Shown here in pieces: positions 10,609-24,377 of a stretch of 64,000 bases of DNA. Below the pieces are notes generated by a model, which ran no database searches, was not told where the DNA came from, and worked only from the letters and a program-made list of their open reading frames with translations. Position 1 is the stretch's first letter; each line of letters opens with the position of its first letter. Both the position numbers and the translations under genes were made by a program. The DNA is from Planctomycetia bacterium (GTDB lineage: Bacteria > Planctomycetota > Planctomycetia > Pirellulales > PALSA-1355), in NCBI GenBank assembly GCA_031400775.1, contig JANNQN010000289.1:108-64107 (forward strand), read 5' to 3'.

Positions 10609-11694
10609 TCACGGTCCGCTGATGATTTCGAGATAATTGTCGCCCGCGGTGGTGAATCCCCACTCCGAGTTCACGGTCTGTCGTAGCAGATTAAATTTCG
10701 GGGACGTGCCGCCCGGAGCCATCCGCCCCGCTTCGAACTTCGTCTCGAACGCGCCCATGTAGACACACATGCTGTGACGGGCGGGGCTGGCTAGGCCCCC
10801 ATTATACTCGAGCTTTGACCCGCCGCCCCAAGGATCCAAGTAGATGAACTCATGGGCAGACATGTCGCAACCGTAGATCAGCACGGTGTGGCCGCCATCG
10901 TCGTAGGCCCACAGATCATAGCCTTTTCGCGTCGGATCGTACGGCTTGTGGAGTCCCATGTCTTTGGGACGGTCGACGACACCCACGCGAACAGGCGTTC
11001 CCGCCTTCAGAAACCCGTGCATTTTCAATCGCACGCGCTGAATCGTGTCGTTGTGGTACTTCAGATCACTGCGCTGTCTCACTTGTCGCTGCAAGGGTTC
11101 GTGGTATGGAAATTCGTAGCGGATGGGGCACACGACGTCCGGGGCGTTGCCGGCCGACCCCAACTGCGGCACGACATCCAGAGGGTCCGTGGAAAAGATC
11201 TGATTACCGCGCTCTTTCGCCACGATGCCGCAGGCCAGGCTACCGTGCTGCGGGTGCTTGTTCTTGGCGTTCTTTTGATTGAAAATGTTGTCGGGAAGGT
11301 TGTACAAAATCTCCTGAATCAGGTGCATTCTGACCGGATCTGGACGATTCATAACATCGGACAAGAGATCGATCGAATCCATGCCGAAGTGCTTGGGGAA
11401 AAACCCCGCGAGGATCGTGACTTTGGTCGTGTCGCCGCTGGCGGAACGCCCGAATATCTCGGCCTTGCCCGTGCCGCGGGCCGTAACCTTAAACGTCTGC
11501 TTGTTGTCGACGGTGCTGACGATCGCAGTTTCGATGGAGGCATTGGCCCCCTGAATCGTGGGAGCCGCACTGGGCGCCAGCCGGCCAAAGCCAACGTGTT
11601 CCAGCGTGTAGGTGTTGCCCATCTTGATCCACAATTCTTCGTCCGTCGAATTCACGAAGAGTCGGCTGCCGTTTCTGAGCTGGATGTGCGGCAT
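10609..11694 (-). CDS. hypothetical protein: Ig-like (Big_2-like) N-terminal domain + predicted papain-fold Cys-His-Asp peptidase domain (C39-like)
   Basis: The track ORF 10609..11844 is trimmed to ATG 11694, which has GAGGAGG 7 nt upstream. It begins MPHIQLRNGSRLF. Ig-like stretch: TFKVTARGTGKAEIFGRSASGDTTKVTILA. Candidate triad: HGSLACGIVAKE (Cys) ... DDGGHTVLIYGCD (His) ... FIYLDPWGG (Asp). No signal peptide seen. G+C is about 56% in 600 hand-counted nt, against low-to-mid 60s for the neighbours. Confidence 0.7.
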   Translation of the reverse strand: MPHIQLRNGSRLFVNSTDEELWIKMGNTYTLEHVGFGRLAPSAAPTIQGANASIETAIVSTVDNKQTFKVTARGTGKAEIFGRSASGDTTKVTILAGFFPKHFGMDSIDLLSDVMNRPDPVRMHLIQEILYNLPDNIFNQKNAKNKHPQHGSLACGIVAKERGNQIFSTDPLDVVPQLGSAGNAPDVVCPIRYEFPYHEPLQRQVRQRSDLKYHNDTIQRVRLKMHGFLKAGTPVRVGVVDRPKDMGLHKPYDPTRKGYDLWAYDDGGHTVLIYGCDMSAHEFIYLDPWGGGSKLEYNGGLASPARHSMCVYMGAFETKFEAGRMAPGGTSPKFNLLRQTVNSEWGFTTAGDNYLEIISGP

Positions 11695-11918
11695 GAATTT
11701 GCCTCCTCGAACGGAAGTTGGCCCACTGCAATTATCGTTGCCACGTCGGACAAAGTTGCCGAAAAACCCAAGCAGAATTGCGCGAAATCGGGTACGGGTC
11801 CGCAGCCAACGACCATAGCACTTCTGTCCTGCACAAGCCAGCATTTGGGCTGCTCCGCCAACGTCTGCCGCTGCGCGGAAACCTTGCGGGCGGACGGCGC
11901 GGCGATCAGAATTGGCGC

Positions 11919-13673
11919 GTGACTACCATCGCCGACAAGCTTGCGAGGGCCAAGGCTCAACACCACTCGGGCCAATTGGGGGCTGCTGCGGAGCTTTATC
12001 GACAAGTGCTCGCCGCGGACCCTGCCCAGGTCGAGGCGCACTACCTGCTGGGCGCCGCCTGCCACGCCATGGGCCTGGCGAGCGAAGCGGTGGCGAGCTT
12101 CGGCGAAGCGCTCCGCCAGCGACCGGACCTGGCCGAGGTACACCATCATTTGGGAATCGTGATGGCCGAGAGCCGAGAGCTCGAAGCGGCCGAGCGCTGC
12201 TTTCGCCGAGCGCTGGAACTGAAGCCGCACCTGGCCGCCGCCCACCACGATCTGGGAGTGCTGCTGGTCGAACAGAACCGCGCCCAGGAAGCGGCCGTCT
12301 CGTTCCGGCGCGTCGTAGAGCTCAAACCGGATGACCCGATTGCCCACAGCGACCTGGGCGCGGCCCTGGAACGCCAGGGAGACCTCGATGCCGCGGCCGA
12401 CTGGTTTCTCCGAGCCATCGAAATCGATCCGGCTCGTGCCGAAGCGCACAGTAACTTGGGCTCCGTGCGGGGAAAACAAGTAAGACTCGACGAGGCCGAG
12501 AATTGCTGCCGCCGGGCCGTCAAGCTCAACCCCCAACTGGCCGAAGCCCAATACAACCTGGGCACGGTGCTACACAAACGGTGTCAACTTGACGAAGCGG
12601 CCGAGTGCCTGCGAAAAGCCATCGGGCTCAAGCCGAAAAATGTTGAATCGCACAACGGCCTGGGCGCGATTCTGACCGCCCAAGGAAAGTTGCCCGAAGC
12701 ATTCGCCTGTTTTCTGCAAGCGATTAGCCTCGTGCCCGATTATGCCGACGCACACTTTAACTATGCATTCGCGTTACTACTGAACGGCCAACTGGCCGAA
12801 GGCTGGCCCGAGCTGGAATGGCGATTGCAGCGTAAGGGAATGCAACTTCCGGAAATCCCGCAACCGCGCTGGACGGGTGATGATCTGTCCGGCCGCACGA
12901 TCCTATTGCGCAGCGAGCAAGGCCTGGGCGATACGTTGGCCTTGATTCGCTATGCTGCACTGATCGCCGAGCAAGCGGGACAGGTAATTATCGAGGTGCC
13001 ACGCGCGCTATTGCCGCTTTTGAAACAATCGGGCTTCCGCGGATTAATTGCCAAGGGTTCTCCACCGTCGCCATTCGACGTCCATGCCCCGCTCGCGAGC
13101 TTGCCGGGTCTGGTCGGCACGACGTTGGACAACGTCCCCTGCCGCGTGCCCTATTTGTCGGCCGATACCAGGCTGGTCGAGCACTGGCGAACGGCGCTGG
13201 GCGGCAGCAAATTGAAAGTAGGCATCGCCTGGCAGGGCAATCCCAAGTATGACGGCGACCGCTTCCGATCGATTCCATTGGCCCAGTTCGCGCCGCTGGC
13301 TTCCGCGGGCGTCGAGCTAATCAGCCTGCAGAAAGGCGCTGGCCGCGAACAGTTGGCGAGCCTGGGAATCGATTTTCCCATCCGCCAGCTCGACGGTCCG
13401 ATCGACGAGGCTCACGGCGCTTTCATAGATACCGCCGCCATCATCAAAAACCTGGATCTGGTGGTAAGCTGCGACACAGCCGTCGCGCACCTGGCCGGCG
13501 CGTTGGGCGCGCGAGTCTGGCTGGCCTTGTCGACGGCCGCAGATTGGCGTTGGATGCTCAATCGCTCGGACACGCCCTGGTATCCGATGACGCGATTGTT
13601 TCGCCAGAAGCAACTCGGCCGCTGGGAAGACGTGTTCGACGAGATGCGAAGCGAGTTAGCACAGCTTTCCTAG
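11919..13673 (+). CDS. TPR-repeat protein fused to a glycosyltransferase family 9 (heptosyltransferase-like) domain
   Basis: ORF 11718..13673. The N-terminal 67 codons look non-coding, so I start it at GTG 11919 (VTTIADKLARAKAQHHSG); this start is uncertain. About 8 TPR units (AEAHYLLG, AEVHHHLG, AAAHHDLG, AEAQYNLG...). The C-terminal half has GT9 hallmarks (ILLRSEQGLGDTLALIRY...VSCDTAVAHLAGALG). Confidence 0.8.
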   Translation: MTTIADKLARAKAQHHSGQLGAAAELYRQVLAADPAQVEAHYLLGAACHAMGLASEAVASFGEALRQRPDLAEVHHHLGIVMAESRELEAAERCFRRALELKPHLAAAHHDLGVLLVEQNRAQEAAVSFRRVVELKPDDPIAHSDLGAALERQGDLDAAADWFLRAIEIDPARAEAHSNLGSVRGKQVRLDEAENCCRRAVKLNPQLAEAQYNLGTVLHKRCQLDEAAECLRKAIGLKPKNVESHNGLGAILTAQGKLPEAFACFLQAISLVPDYADAHFNYAFALLLNGQLAEGWPELEWRLQRKGMQLPEIPQPRWTGDDLSGRTILLRSEQGLGDTLALIRYAALIAEQAGQVIIEVPRALLPLLKQSGFRGLIAKGSPPSPFDVHAPLASLPGLVGTTLDNVPCRVPYLSADTRLVEHWRTALGGSKLKVGIAWQGNPKYDGDRFRSIPLAQFAPLASAGVELISLQKGAGREQLASLGIDFPIRQLDGPIDEAHGAFIDTAAIIKNLDLVVSCDTAVAHLAGALGARVWLALSTAADWRWMLNRSDTPWYPMTRLFRQKQLGRWEDVFDEMRSELAQLS

Positions 13674-13708
13674 TCGTCATGCCAATCCGTCGGGCAAGCA
13701 AGAAAGGG

Positions 13709-13736
13709 AACCACGACGACACGGAGAGCACAAAGG
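13709..13736. repeat. single copy of the nonamer-periodic CCACGACGACACGGAGAGCACA element
   Basis: AACCACGACGACACGGAGAGCACAAAGG lies between convergent stops at 13673 (+) and 13757 (-). It is near-identical to 18625..18654. Confidence 0.8.
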
Positions 13737-13756
13737 ACGGAAGTCAAGCCGGCCAA

Positions 13757-15172
<1,416 letters not shown>

Positions 15173-15244
15173 ATAAAATCTCTCGAACGCGGTCTCTCTG
15201 ACACTCGGGCCGAGTTGACTTCGGCCCGAGTGGGCGATGCGCGG

Positions 15245-18406
<3,162 letters not shown>

Positions 18407-18624
18407 GGTTAAACGCGGGCCTGGTGTGCAGCTCAACCGATAAACTGGGATGCGACTGGCGGGAAAGCATCGCCCCACTGCCACCCATTGTAATGAGCAA
18501 GGGAACCGTCAGCCAACCGAGGCGCCCAGCATCCGGCTGCCATATTTCGGTCGCTTTTTCCGGCTCCTTCGCTCTGCCCGTTGCGCCTTGGCGTGAGATC
18601 TCTCCTCCCGTTAGAACTTTTTTT

Positions 18625-18766
18625 AACCACGACGACACGGAGAGCACAGAGAAGAGAATTCAATTCAAGAATTCCGATTTCGTCCTCCGTGGTCTTTGTG
18701 TCGTTGTGGTAATTGCTCCGCAATGCAAGTCCATTGAACCACCACGACACGAAGAGCACAAAGATC
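18625..18766. repeat. cluster of three copies (two direct, one inverted) of the CCACGACGACACGGAGAGCACA-type element
   Basis: Copy 1, 18625..18654: AACCACGACGACACGGAGAGCACAGAGAAG. Copy 2, 18684..18712, read as reverse complement: TTACCACAACGACACAAAGACCACGGAGG. Copy 3, 18737..18766: AACCACCACGACACGAAGAGCACAAAGATC. Copies 1 and 2 form an imperfect hairpin around a GAATTC...GAATTC spacer. Confidence 0.8.
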
Positions 18767-18778
18767 AGAATTCGAGTA

Positions 18779-20389
18779 CTAAGTCCCGCCTGCTGCGGGC
18801 GCGGGCTCGGCTTTTTTCTCGGGGACGGGGGTTTCTCGTTTCAACTCCACCCAATAAGTGACTGCCGATGAGCCGTACTGGTCGGGCAGCGTGGTGACAG
18901 TGGCCGGACCGTTGAGAACCTGGTCTCGCAGCTTTAGCTCGAGTTGCACGTTGTAGCCACGGCCGCGGGCGTCTTCGTGATCCACGTCGCCGGCAAAGCG
19001 ACCGCGCAAGTAGCCGCCCTGATAGCTCGATCCGCTCAGCAGCGTTTCCAACTGATCGCCCAGCTTCAAATGGACGTCGCCGACTTCTTTAATCGTGAGC
19101 ACGAGCGGAAACTCTTTTTTGTAGGTGACCAGCCGCCCCTTCCATTGCCCAGGCAACGCCGAATCGGGCGGCGGCGAAGGTTGTTCCGGCGACTTCGCGG
19201 CCGTGTCAGCCGCCGCGTCGTTCTCTTTGTTTCGTTCGGGCTCCTTGTTTCGTTCGGGCAACAATATCTTGAAGATCATGTCTTGCACATACGACACCAG
19301 CGGACTGCGGGAATTGCTCAGCACGACGACCGCGACTCGCTTGGAAGGCACGAACGTGCAGTACGTCGCAACGCCGGGCATGCCGCCCGAGTGCGAGACC
19401 GTGCGATAGCCGCGCGCCGAATCGCTCACGCCCCAGCCGACTCCGTATCCGGCCCGGCCATCGGCAGCCGAGGTGGGCGTCTGCATCTCGTCGATCGCCG
19501 CGTCGCTGAGAATAGCCCGCTGATCGGCGAGATGCTCCTTCATGTGAAACATGGCGAAGCGGGCCAGGTCGTGTGCGCTGGCGAAGACGGCCGAAGCGCC
19601 GGGATGATCGAAATCGTAAAACGGAATCCTGCGGCCCTCGGACGTATAGCGGATTGCCTGATGCGGCTCCAAGCCTGGGGCGACGTCGATCGAAGTGTGT
19701 GTCATTCCCAGCGGCAGAAAAACTTCTTCACGCATGGCGTCGGCAAACTTCTTGCCGGCGGCCCGCTCGACGACGTAATCGAGCAAACCGTAGCCCAGGT
19801 TGCTGTATTGAAATCGTTCGCCCGGCGCGGTCACCAGGTTGCCATAGCGACGAATCGTCTCTTCGCGCGTGGGCGGCTTATAGGCTTCGTCGGCATAAAA
19901 GAACTGATAGTGCAGCGGCAAGCCGGAAGTGTGATTGGCCACGCGCCGCACGGTCGCGGCCGCGGCGTCGCCCACACGGGCCTGCAACTTCGCCTCGCCC
20001 AGATAGTCGTTGATCGGCTTGTCGAGATCGATTTTCTTGCGTTCCTTGAACACCATCAGCCCGGTGGCGGTGATCGGCTTGGAGACCGATGCGATCGAGT
20101 ACAGCGTGTGTTCGTTGGCCGGCACGCGGTTCTCGCGATCGGCCCAGCCGAAACCTTGTTCCCAGATGATCTGACCATCGCGAGCCACGGCCACGGCGAT
20201 CGACGGCAGGTTCGTATCGACCAGGCCCTTGGCAATCCGCTCGCGCACCGGGTCGAATTGCTCGGCGCCTTCGGCCGCCCGGGCATCGCGAACGGTAAGG
20301 ACCAAGACGGCGATGGCGAGCAAGCAGGCCGGAGGACGAATCAGACGAGACCGAAACAAGCCAAGCATGGTGTAGTCCTCGGTAAACAT
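18779..20389 (-). CDS. secreted serine hydrolase (class C beta-lactamase / PBP-like) with a C-terminal extra domain
   Basis: 536-aa ORF. Signal-like N-terminus. SxxK motif in YSIASVSKPITATG; YSNLGY (YxN) motif. The linker has a tandem EPERNK-EPERNK duplication. Confidence 0.85.
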   Translation of the reverse strand: MFTEDYTMLGLFRSRLIRPPACLLAIAVLVLTVRDARAAEGAEQFDPVRERIAKGLVDTNLPSIAVAVARDGQIIWEQGFGWADRENRVPANEHTLYSIASVSKPITATGLMVFKERKKIDLDKPINDYLGEAKLQARVGDAAAATVRRVANHTSGLPLHYQFFYADEAYKPPTREETIRRYGNLVTAPGERFQYSNLGYGLLDYVVERAAGKKFADAMREEVFLPLGMTHTSIDVAPGLEPHQAIRYTSEGRRIPFYDFDHPGASAVFASAHDLARFAMFHMKEHLADQRAILSDAAIDEMQTPTSAADGRAGYGVGWGVSDSARGYRTVSHSGGMPGVATYCTFVPSKRVAVVVLSNSRSPLVSYVQDMIFKILLPERNKEPERNKENDAAADTAAKSPEQPSPPPDSALPGQWKGRLVTYKKEFPLVLTIKEVGDVHLKLGDQLETLLSGSSYQGGYLRGRFAGDVDHEDARGRGYNVQLELKLRDQVLNGPATVTTLPDQYGSSAVTYWVELKRETPVPEKKAEPAPAAGGT

Positions 20390-20519
20390 GAATCCGCTGT
20401 GTTATTCGCCGTGCCCGGCGAACCATTGCCGGCCGCTGGCAGGCTCAAGCGTAATCCGCCGGCAGGCAGGTGGCTACTAAATCGAGACTCTTCGGCCCAT
20501 AGCCCCCGGCGGCGGACGG

Positions 20520-20528
20520 GTGATAGAA
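20520..20528 (+). promoter_or_regulatory. candidate extended -10 promoter element (TGaTAGAAT) upstream of ygiQ
   Basis: TGATAGAAT lies ~80 nt upstream of ATG 20609 in the divergent intergenic region. No convincing -35. Confidence 0.3.
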
Positions 20529-20608
20529 TGGGTGGCTATTCGTTTTACGCTCTTTTCTAGCGATTCCGGGCTGCGAACTCGGAACCGTCTCGCGCGCGGA
20601 CGTGCGGC

Positions 20609-22636
20609 ATGTCGACGGCACACACAAATCTCGGCGCTGGCCTGCCGATTGTTGGTCAAAGCTCAACCACTTTGGCGACAGTGACCGCGCCGCGCGCCAA
20701 ACCCACCCCGCCGCTGCCGATGACGCGCAGCGAAATGCTCGCCCGCGGGTGGGACGAGGTCGACGTCGTGTTCGTCACCGGCGACGCCTACGTCGATCAT
20801 CCCAGCTTTGCCATGGCGCTGCTGGGGCGGTTGCTCGAGAGCGAAGGGTTTCGCGTGGCAATCCTCAGCCAGCCGGACTGGAAGAATTGCCACGCCTGGC
20901 GCACGTTCGGCCGCCCGCGACTGTTCTTTGCGGTGAGCGCCGGCAACATGGACTCGATGATCAATCACTACACGGCCAACCGCAAAGTGCGCAACGACGA
21001 CGCCTACAGCCCAGGCGGCGCAATCGGACGGCGACCCGATCGGGCCACGCTGGCTTATTGTCAACGGGCCCGCGAGGCGTATCACGGCGTGCCGGTCATC
21101 GCCGGCGGGGTCGAGGCCAGTCTGCGGCGGATCGCGCACTACGACTACTGGAGCGACAAGGTCCGGCGCTCGATCCTGCTCGATTGCAAAGCCGACCTGT
21201 TGGTCTACGGCATGGGCGAGCGCGGAATCATCGAGATCGCGAAGCGGCTGAGCCAGGGGCAGTCGTTGGTGGACTTGCGCGATATGCGGGGCGTGGCCTA
21301 TCGCCTGGGGGCCAAGGAAACGCCGCCGCAAGAAAACACGATCACGCTGCCCAGCTATGAGCAAGTGTCCAGCGACAAGTTGGCGTTTGCCGAGATGACC
21401 AAGATCTCGCACAACGAAACCAATCCCTACAACGCCCGGCGGCTCGCGCAATTCCACGACCGCGAGTGCGTGGTGGCCAATCCGCCGGCCGTGCCGTTGG
21501 CCGAGGCCGAGATGGACCGCGTCTATGGCCTGGCCTTCACCCGCAAGCCGCACCCCAGCTACGGCAAGGCGAAGATTCCGGCATACGAGGTCGTTAAAGA
21601 TTCGGTGCAGATCATGCGCGGTTGCTTCGGCGGTTGCACGTTTTGCTCGATCACGGCCCACGAGGGGCGGATCATCCAAAGCCGCAGCCAGGAATCGATC
21701 CTGGGCGAAATTCGCCAGATGACGGCCGACAAGGATTTCAAGGGCGTGGTGAGCGACATCGGCGGACCCACGGCCAACATGTACCAGATGCGCTGCATGC
21801 GGCCCGAGGTCGAGGCCAAGTGCCGGCGGCTGAGTTGCGTGCATCCCACGATCTGCAAACTGCTGGGCACCGATCATGGTCCGCTCGTGCAGTTGATGAA
21901 AGCCGCGCGGACCGAGCCGGGTGTCAAGAAGGTGCTGGTGGCATCGGGCATTCGCATGGACCTGGCGCGCCGCAGCCCGCAGTACATGAACGAGCTGGCG
22001 AAGCATCACGTCGGCGGGCATTTGAAAGTCGCGCCCGAGCACACCGACCCCAGCGTGTTGGGGTTGATGAAAAAGCCGGGGGCCGACGATTTCGAAAAGT
22101 TCGACGAGGCGTTCAAGCAGGCCTCGGACCGCGCCGGCAAGAAGCAGTTTCTCGTGCCCTATTTCATCGCCAGCCATCCGGGCAGCACGCTCGACTCGAT
22201 GATCGACCTGGCCTTGTTCCTCAAGCGCAATCACTACCAGCCCGACCAGGTGCAGGATTTCATCCCCAGCCCGTTCGACATCGCGGCCTGCATGTATCAC
22301 ACCGGCATGGACCCCTTCACCAAGAAGCCGGTGTTCATCGCCAAACATCTGCGCGACCGAAAACTGCAACGGGCCTTGATGCAATTCTTCAAGCCCGAGA
22401 ATTATTTCGAGGTCCGCCGGGCGCTGGAACAGGCCGATCGCCGCGACCTGATCGGCAGCGGCTGCGATTGCTTGATTCCTGAGCGGGCGCCGAAAGAGGC
22501 GCTCGATCGCAAACGCAAGCGGGCCAACGAGGAAGTCCGCGAGCAGACTGCCGGCGATCACATTCGCTCCAAGCCGGGCGCAGGGTATCGGCCGCAGCGC
22601 AAAACGGCCGCCAAGCGCGAGCGGCACGGCCGTTAG
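20609..22636 (+). CDS. ygiQ: YgiQ-family (UPF0313) radical SAM protein
   Basis: 675-aa ORF. N-terminal block [39 protein letters not shown] is as I recall for E. coli YgiQ. CX3CX2C cluster motif in [18 protein letters not shown]. Confidence 0.9.
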   Translation: MSTAHTNLGAGLPIVGQSSTTLATVTAPRAKPTPPLPMTRSEMLARGWDEVDVVFVTGDAYVDHPSFAMALLGRLLESEGFRVAILSQPDWKNCHAWRTFGRPRLFFAVSAGNMDSMINHYTANRKVRNDDAYSPGGAIGRRPDRATLAYCQRAREAYHGVPVIAGGVEASLRRIAHYDYWSDKVRRSILLDCKADLLVYGMGERGIIEIAKRLSQGQSLVDLRDMRGVAYRLGAKETPPQENTITLPSYEQVSSDKLAFAEMTKISHNETNPYNARRLAQFHDRECVVANPPAVPLAEAEMDRVYGLAFTRKPHPSYGKAKIPAYEVVKDSVQIMRGCFGGCTFCSITAHEGRIIQSRSQESILGEIRQMTADKDFKGVVSDIGGPTANMYQMRCMRPEVEAKCRRLSCVHPTICKLLGTDHGPLVQLMKAARTEPGVKKVLVASGIRMDLARRSPQYMNELAKHHVGGHLKVAPEHTDPSVLGLMKKPGADDFEKFDEAFKQASDRAGKKQFLVPYFIASHPGSTLDSMIDLALFLKRNHYQPDQVQDFIPSPFDIAACMYHTGMDPFTKKPVFIAKHLRDRKLQRALMQFFKPENYFEVRRALEQADRRDLIGSGCDCLIPERAPKEALDRKRKRANEEVREQTAGDHIRSKPGAGYRPQRKTAAKRERHGR

Positions 22637-22653
22637 TGGATCGGTGATTCGCA

Positions 22654-23565
22654 ATGTCCACCGGCGATCAATACGAACTTCTCGATTTTGGCGCCGGTCG
22701 CAAGCTGGAGCGGTTTGGTCCTTGGGTGGTCGACCGCCCGTCGCCGGCCGCGCAAGATCATGCTCAGCATCGGCCCGAGTTGTGGTCCACGGCGGCGGCT
22801 CGCTACGAGCGCAGTGAAAACCAACGCGGAAGCTGGACGCGCGCTGTTGAAATCGCCTCCGAGTGGCAAGTCTCGTGGGGGCCGTTCGCACTCGAACTCA
22901 AGCTGACGGAATACGGTCAGGTTGGGCTGTTTCCGGAGCAGGCCGACAATTGGGATTGGATTGCCGAACAGGTGCGCGCCGCCGTGGCGCCAATCAAGGT
23001 TCTAAATTTATTCGCTTACACCGGCGCTAGCACGCTGGCCGCGGCCGCCGCGGGAGCCGAGGTGACGCACGTCGACGCCGCCGCCGGCGTGGTGGCTTGG
23101 GCGCGCCGCAACGCACAAATTTCCGGATTGAGCGAGGCGCCGGTTCGCTGGATCACCGAAGACGCCAGAAAATTTGTGCGCCGCGAGCTCAAGCGGGGCA
23201 ACTATTACGACGCCGTGATTCTGGATCCGCCCAGCTACGGCCACGGGCCCGGCGGCGAGTCCTGGAAGCTCGAAGAACACCTGGACGAACTGCTGGCGAT
23301 GTGCGGCGAGTTGACCGCCGGTCGCCGCCAGTTCATGTTGCTCACCTGCCACTCCGGCGAACTTGCATATGCCCCCGCCTTGCTGAAACATACAATCGCT
23401 CACCTGCCCGGGCTGCGGGAACACGGCCGGCTGAACGGCGCTGACATGCGGTTGCGCTCGGCAAGCGGCGACCCCTTGCACTGCGGAGCGGCGGTCCGCT
23501 TCAGCCGCAATGAGGTTCTCGCGCCGCCACGAACCCGTCCCCTCTCGAAACCGGCCGGCCCGTGA
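22654..23565 (+). CDS. class I SAM-dependent methyltransferase (RlmI / PF10672-like)
   Basis: 303-aa ORF. SAM-binding fold motifs VLNLFAYTGASTLAAAAAGAEVTHVD and YDAVILDPPSYG. Confidence 0.8.
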   Translation: MSTGDQYELLDFGAGRKLERFGPWVVDRPSPAAQDHAQHRPELWSTAAARYERSENQRGSWTRAVEIASEWQVSWGPFALELKLTEYGQVGLFPEQADNWDWIAEQVRAAVAPIKVLNLFAYTGASTLAAAAAGAEVTHVDAAAGVVAWARRNAQISGLSEAPVRWITEDARKFVRRELKRGNYYDAVILDPPSYGHGPGGESWKLEEHLDELLAMCGELTAGRRQFMLLTCHSGELAYAPALLKHTIAHLPGLREHGRLNGADMRLRSASGDPLHCGAAVRFSRNEVLAPPRTRPLSKPAGP

Positions 23566-24377
23566 CCATGGAAATCAAGACCATCACCAGCGTTCACAAC
23601 CAACGCGTGAAAGACGCGGTCAAGCTGCGCGATCATCGCCAGCGGGCCCGACAGGGGCGGTTCGTCATCGACGGCGCCCGAGAGATCCTGCGGGCCGTGG
23701 CCGGCCGCGTGAAGCTGGTCGAGCTGTTCGTGTGCGAGCCACTGTGCAAATCGGCCGAGAGCCTGCGCGTGCTCGCGAGCATGCAAGACTCTGGCGTCGA
23801 AACCTGGCATGTCGCGCCCGAGGTGTTCGAGAAACTGGCATTTGGCGACCGGCACGAGGGCGTGTTGGCCGTGGGCGAGACGCCGCGAATGGAGCTCGAC
23901 CAGATCGAAGTGCCCGCGGGCGGATTGATTGCCGTGGTCGAGGGCCTGGAAAAACCCGGCAATCTTGGCGCAGTGGTCCGCGCTGCCGACGGGGCGGGCG
24001 TGGCGGCCGTGATCGCCGCCGACGCGGGCACCGACTTCTATAATCCCAATTGCATTCGCGCGAGCCTGGGCACGGTCTTTACCCGAGCGGTCTGCCAGGC
24101 GACCACGAGCCAGACGCTCACCTGGCTTCGCGGCCGGGGCTGCAAGATTTTTGCCGCGCGGCTGGACGCGAAGTTGCCCTACACCGACGTCGACTATCGG
24201 GGCGACGCGGCGATCGTGCTCGGAAGCGAAGCGGCCGGCCTTTCCGACGCCTGGCGCGCCGCCGACGTAACCGCCATCAAGCTGCCAATGCTTGGCGCCG
24301 CCGATAGCTTGAATATTTCGACCACGGCCGCGGTGCTTTTTTACGAGGCGCTCAGGCAGCGGACCGATCGCGATTAG
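23562..24377 (+). CDS. TrmH/SpoU-family RNA 2'-O-methyltransferase
   Basis: 271-aa ORF. SpoU motifs LEKPGNLGAVVRAADGAGV, IVLGSEAAGLS, IKLPMLGAADSLNISTTAAVLFYE. The GTG start overlaps the upstream stop (GTGA); ATG 23568 is an alternative start. Confidence 0.85.
   Translation: MTMEIKTITSVHNQRVKDAVKLRDHRQRARQGRFVIDGAREILRAVAGRVKLVELFVCEPLCKSAESLRVLASMQDSGVETWHVAPEVFEKLAFGDRHEGVLAVGETPRMELDQIEVPAGGLIAVVEGLEKPGNLGAVVRAADGAGVAAVIAADAGTDFYNPNCIRASLGTVFTRAVCQATTSQTLTWLRGRGCKIFAARLDAKLPYTDVDYRGDAAIVLGSEAAGLSDAWRAADVTAIKLPMLGAADSLNISTTAAVLFYEALRQRTDRD

Noticed and set aside
10609-11844. Upstream 50-codon extension of the papain-like ORF (and similar N-terminal extensions at 15245..18484, 25371..27266, 28272..29945, 31933..35316, 47270..48724, 59273..60007)
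   Set aside because: Internal ATGs either carry good SD sequences or begin a signal peptide or a conserved N-terminus. The extensions are Arg/Cys-rich non-coding-like sequence or overlap neighbouring genes and promoters.
20663-22891. 742-aa minus-strand ORF
   Set aside because: It is antisense to ygiQ and the methyltransferase start, with low-complexity Arg/Ala/Gly-rich composition. The sense genes carry strong family motifs.
24374-24377. Convergent folD and SpoU-methyltransferase genes share overlapping stop codons (TTAG: TAG on + and TAA on -)
   Set aside because: The observation is real, but such 3'-3' overlaps are common in compact genomes. It carries no evidence of regulation beyond implying overlapping transcripts.
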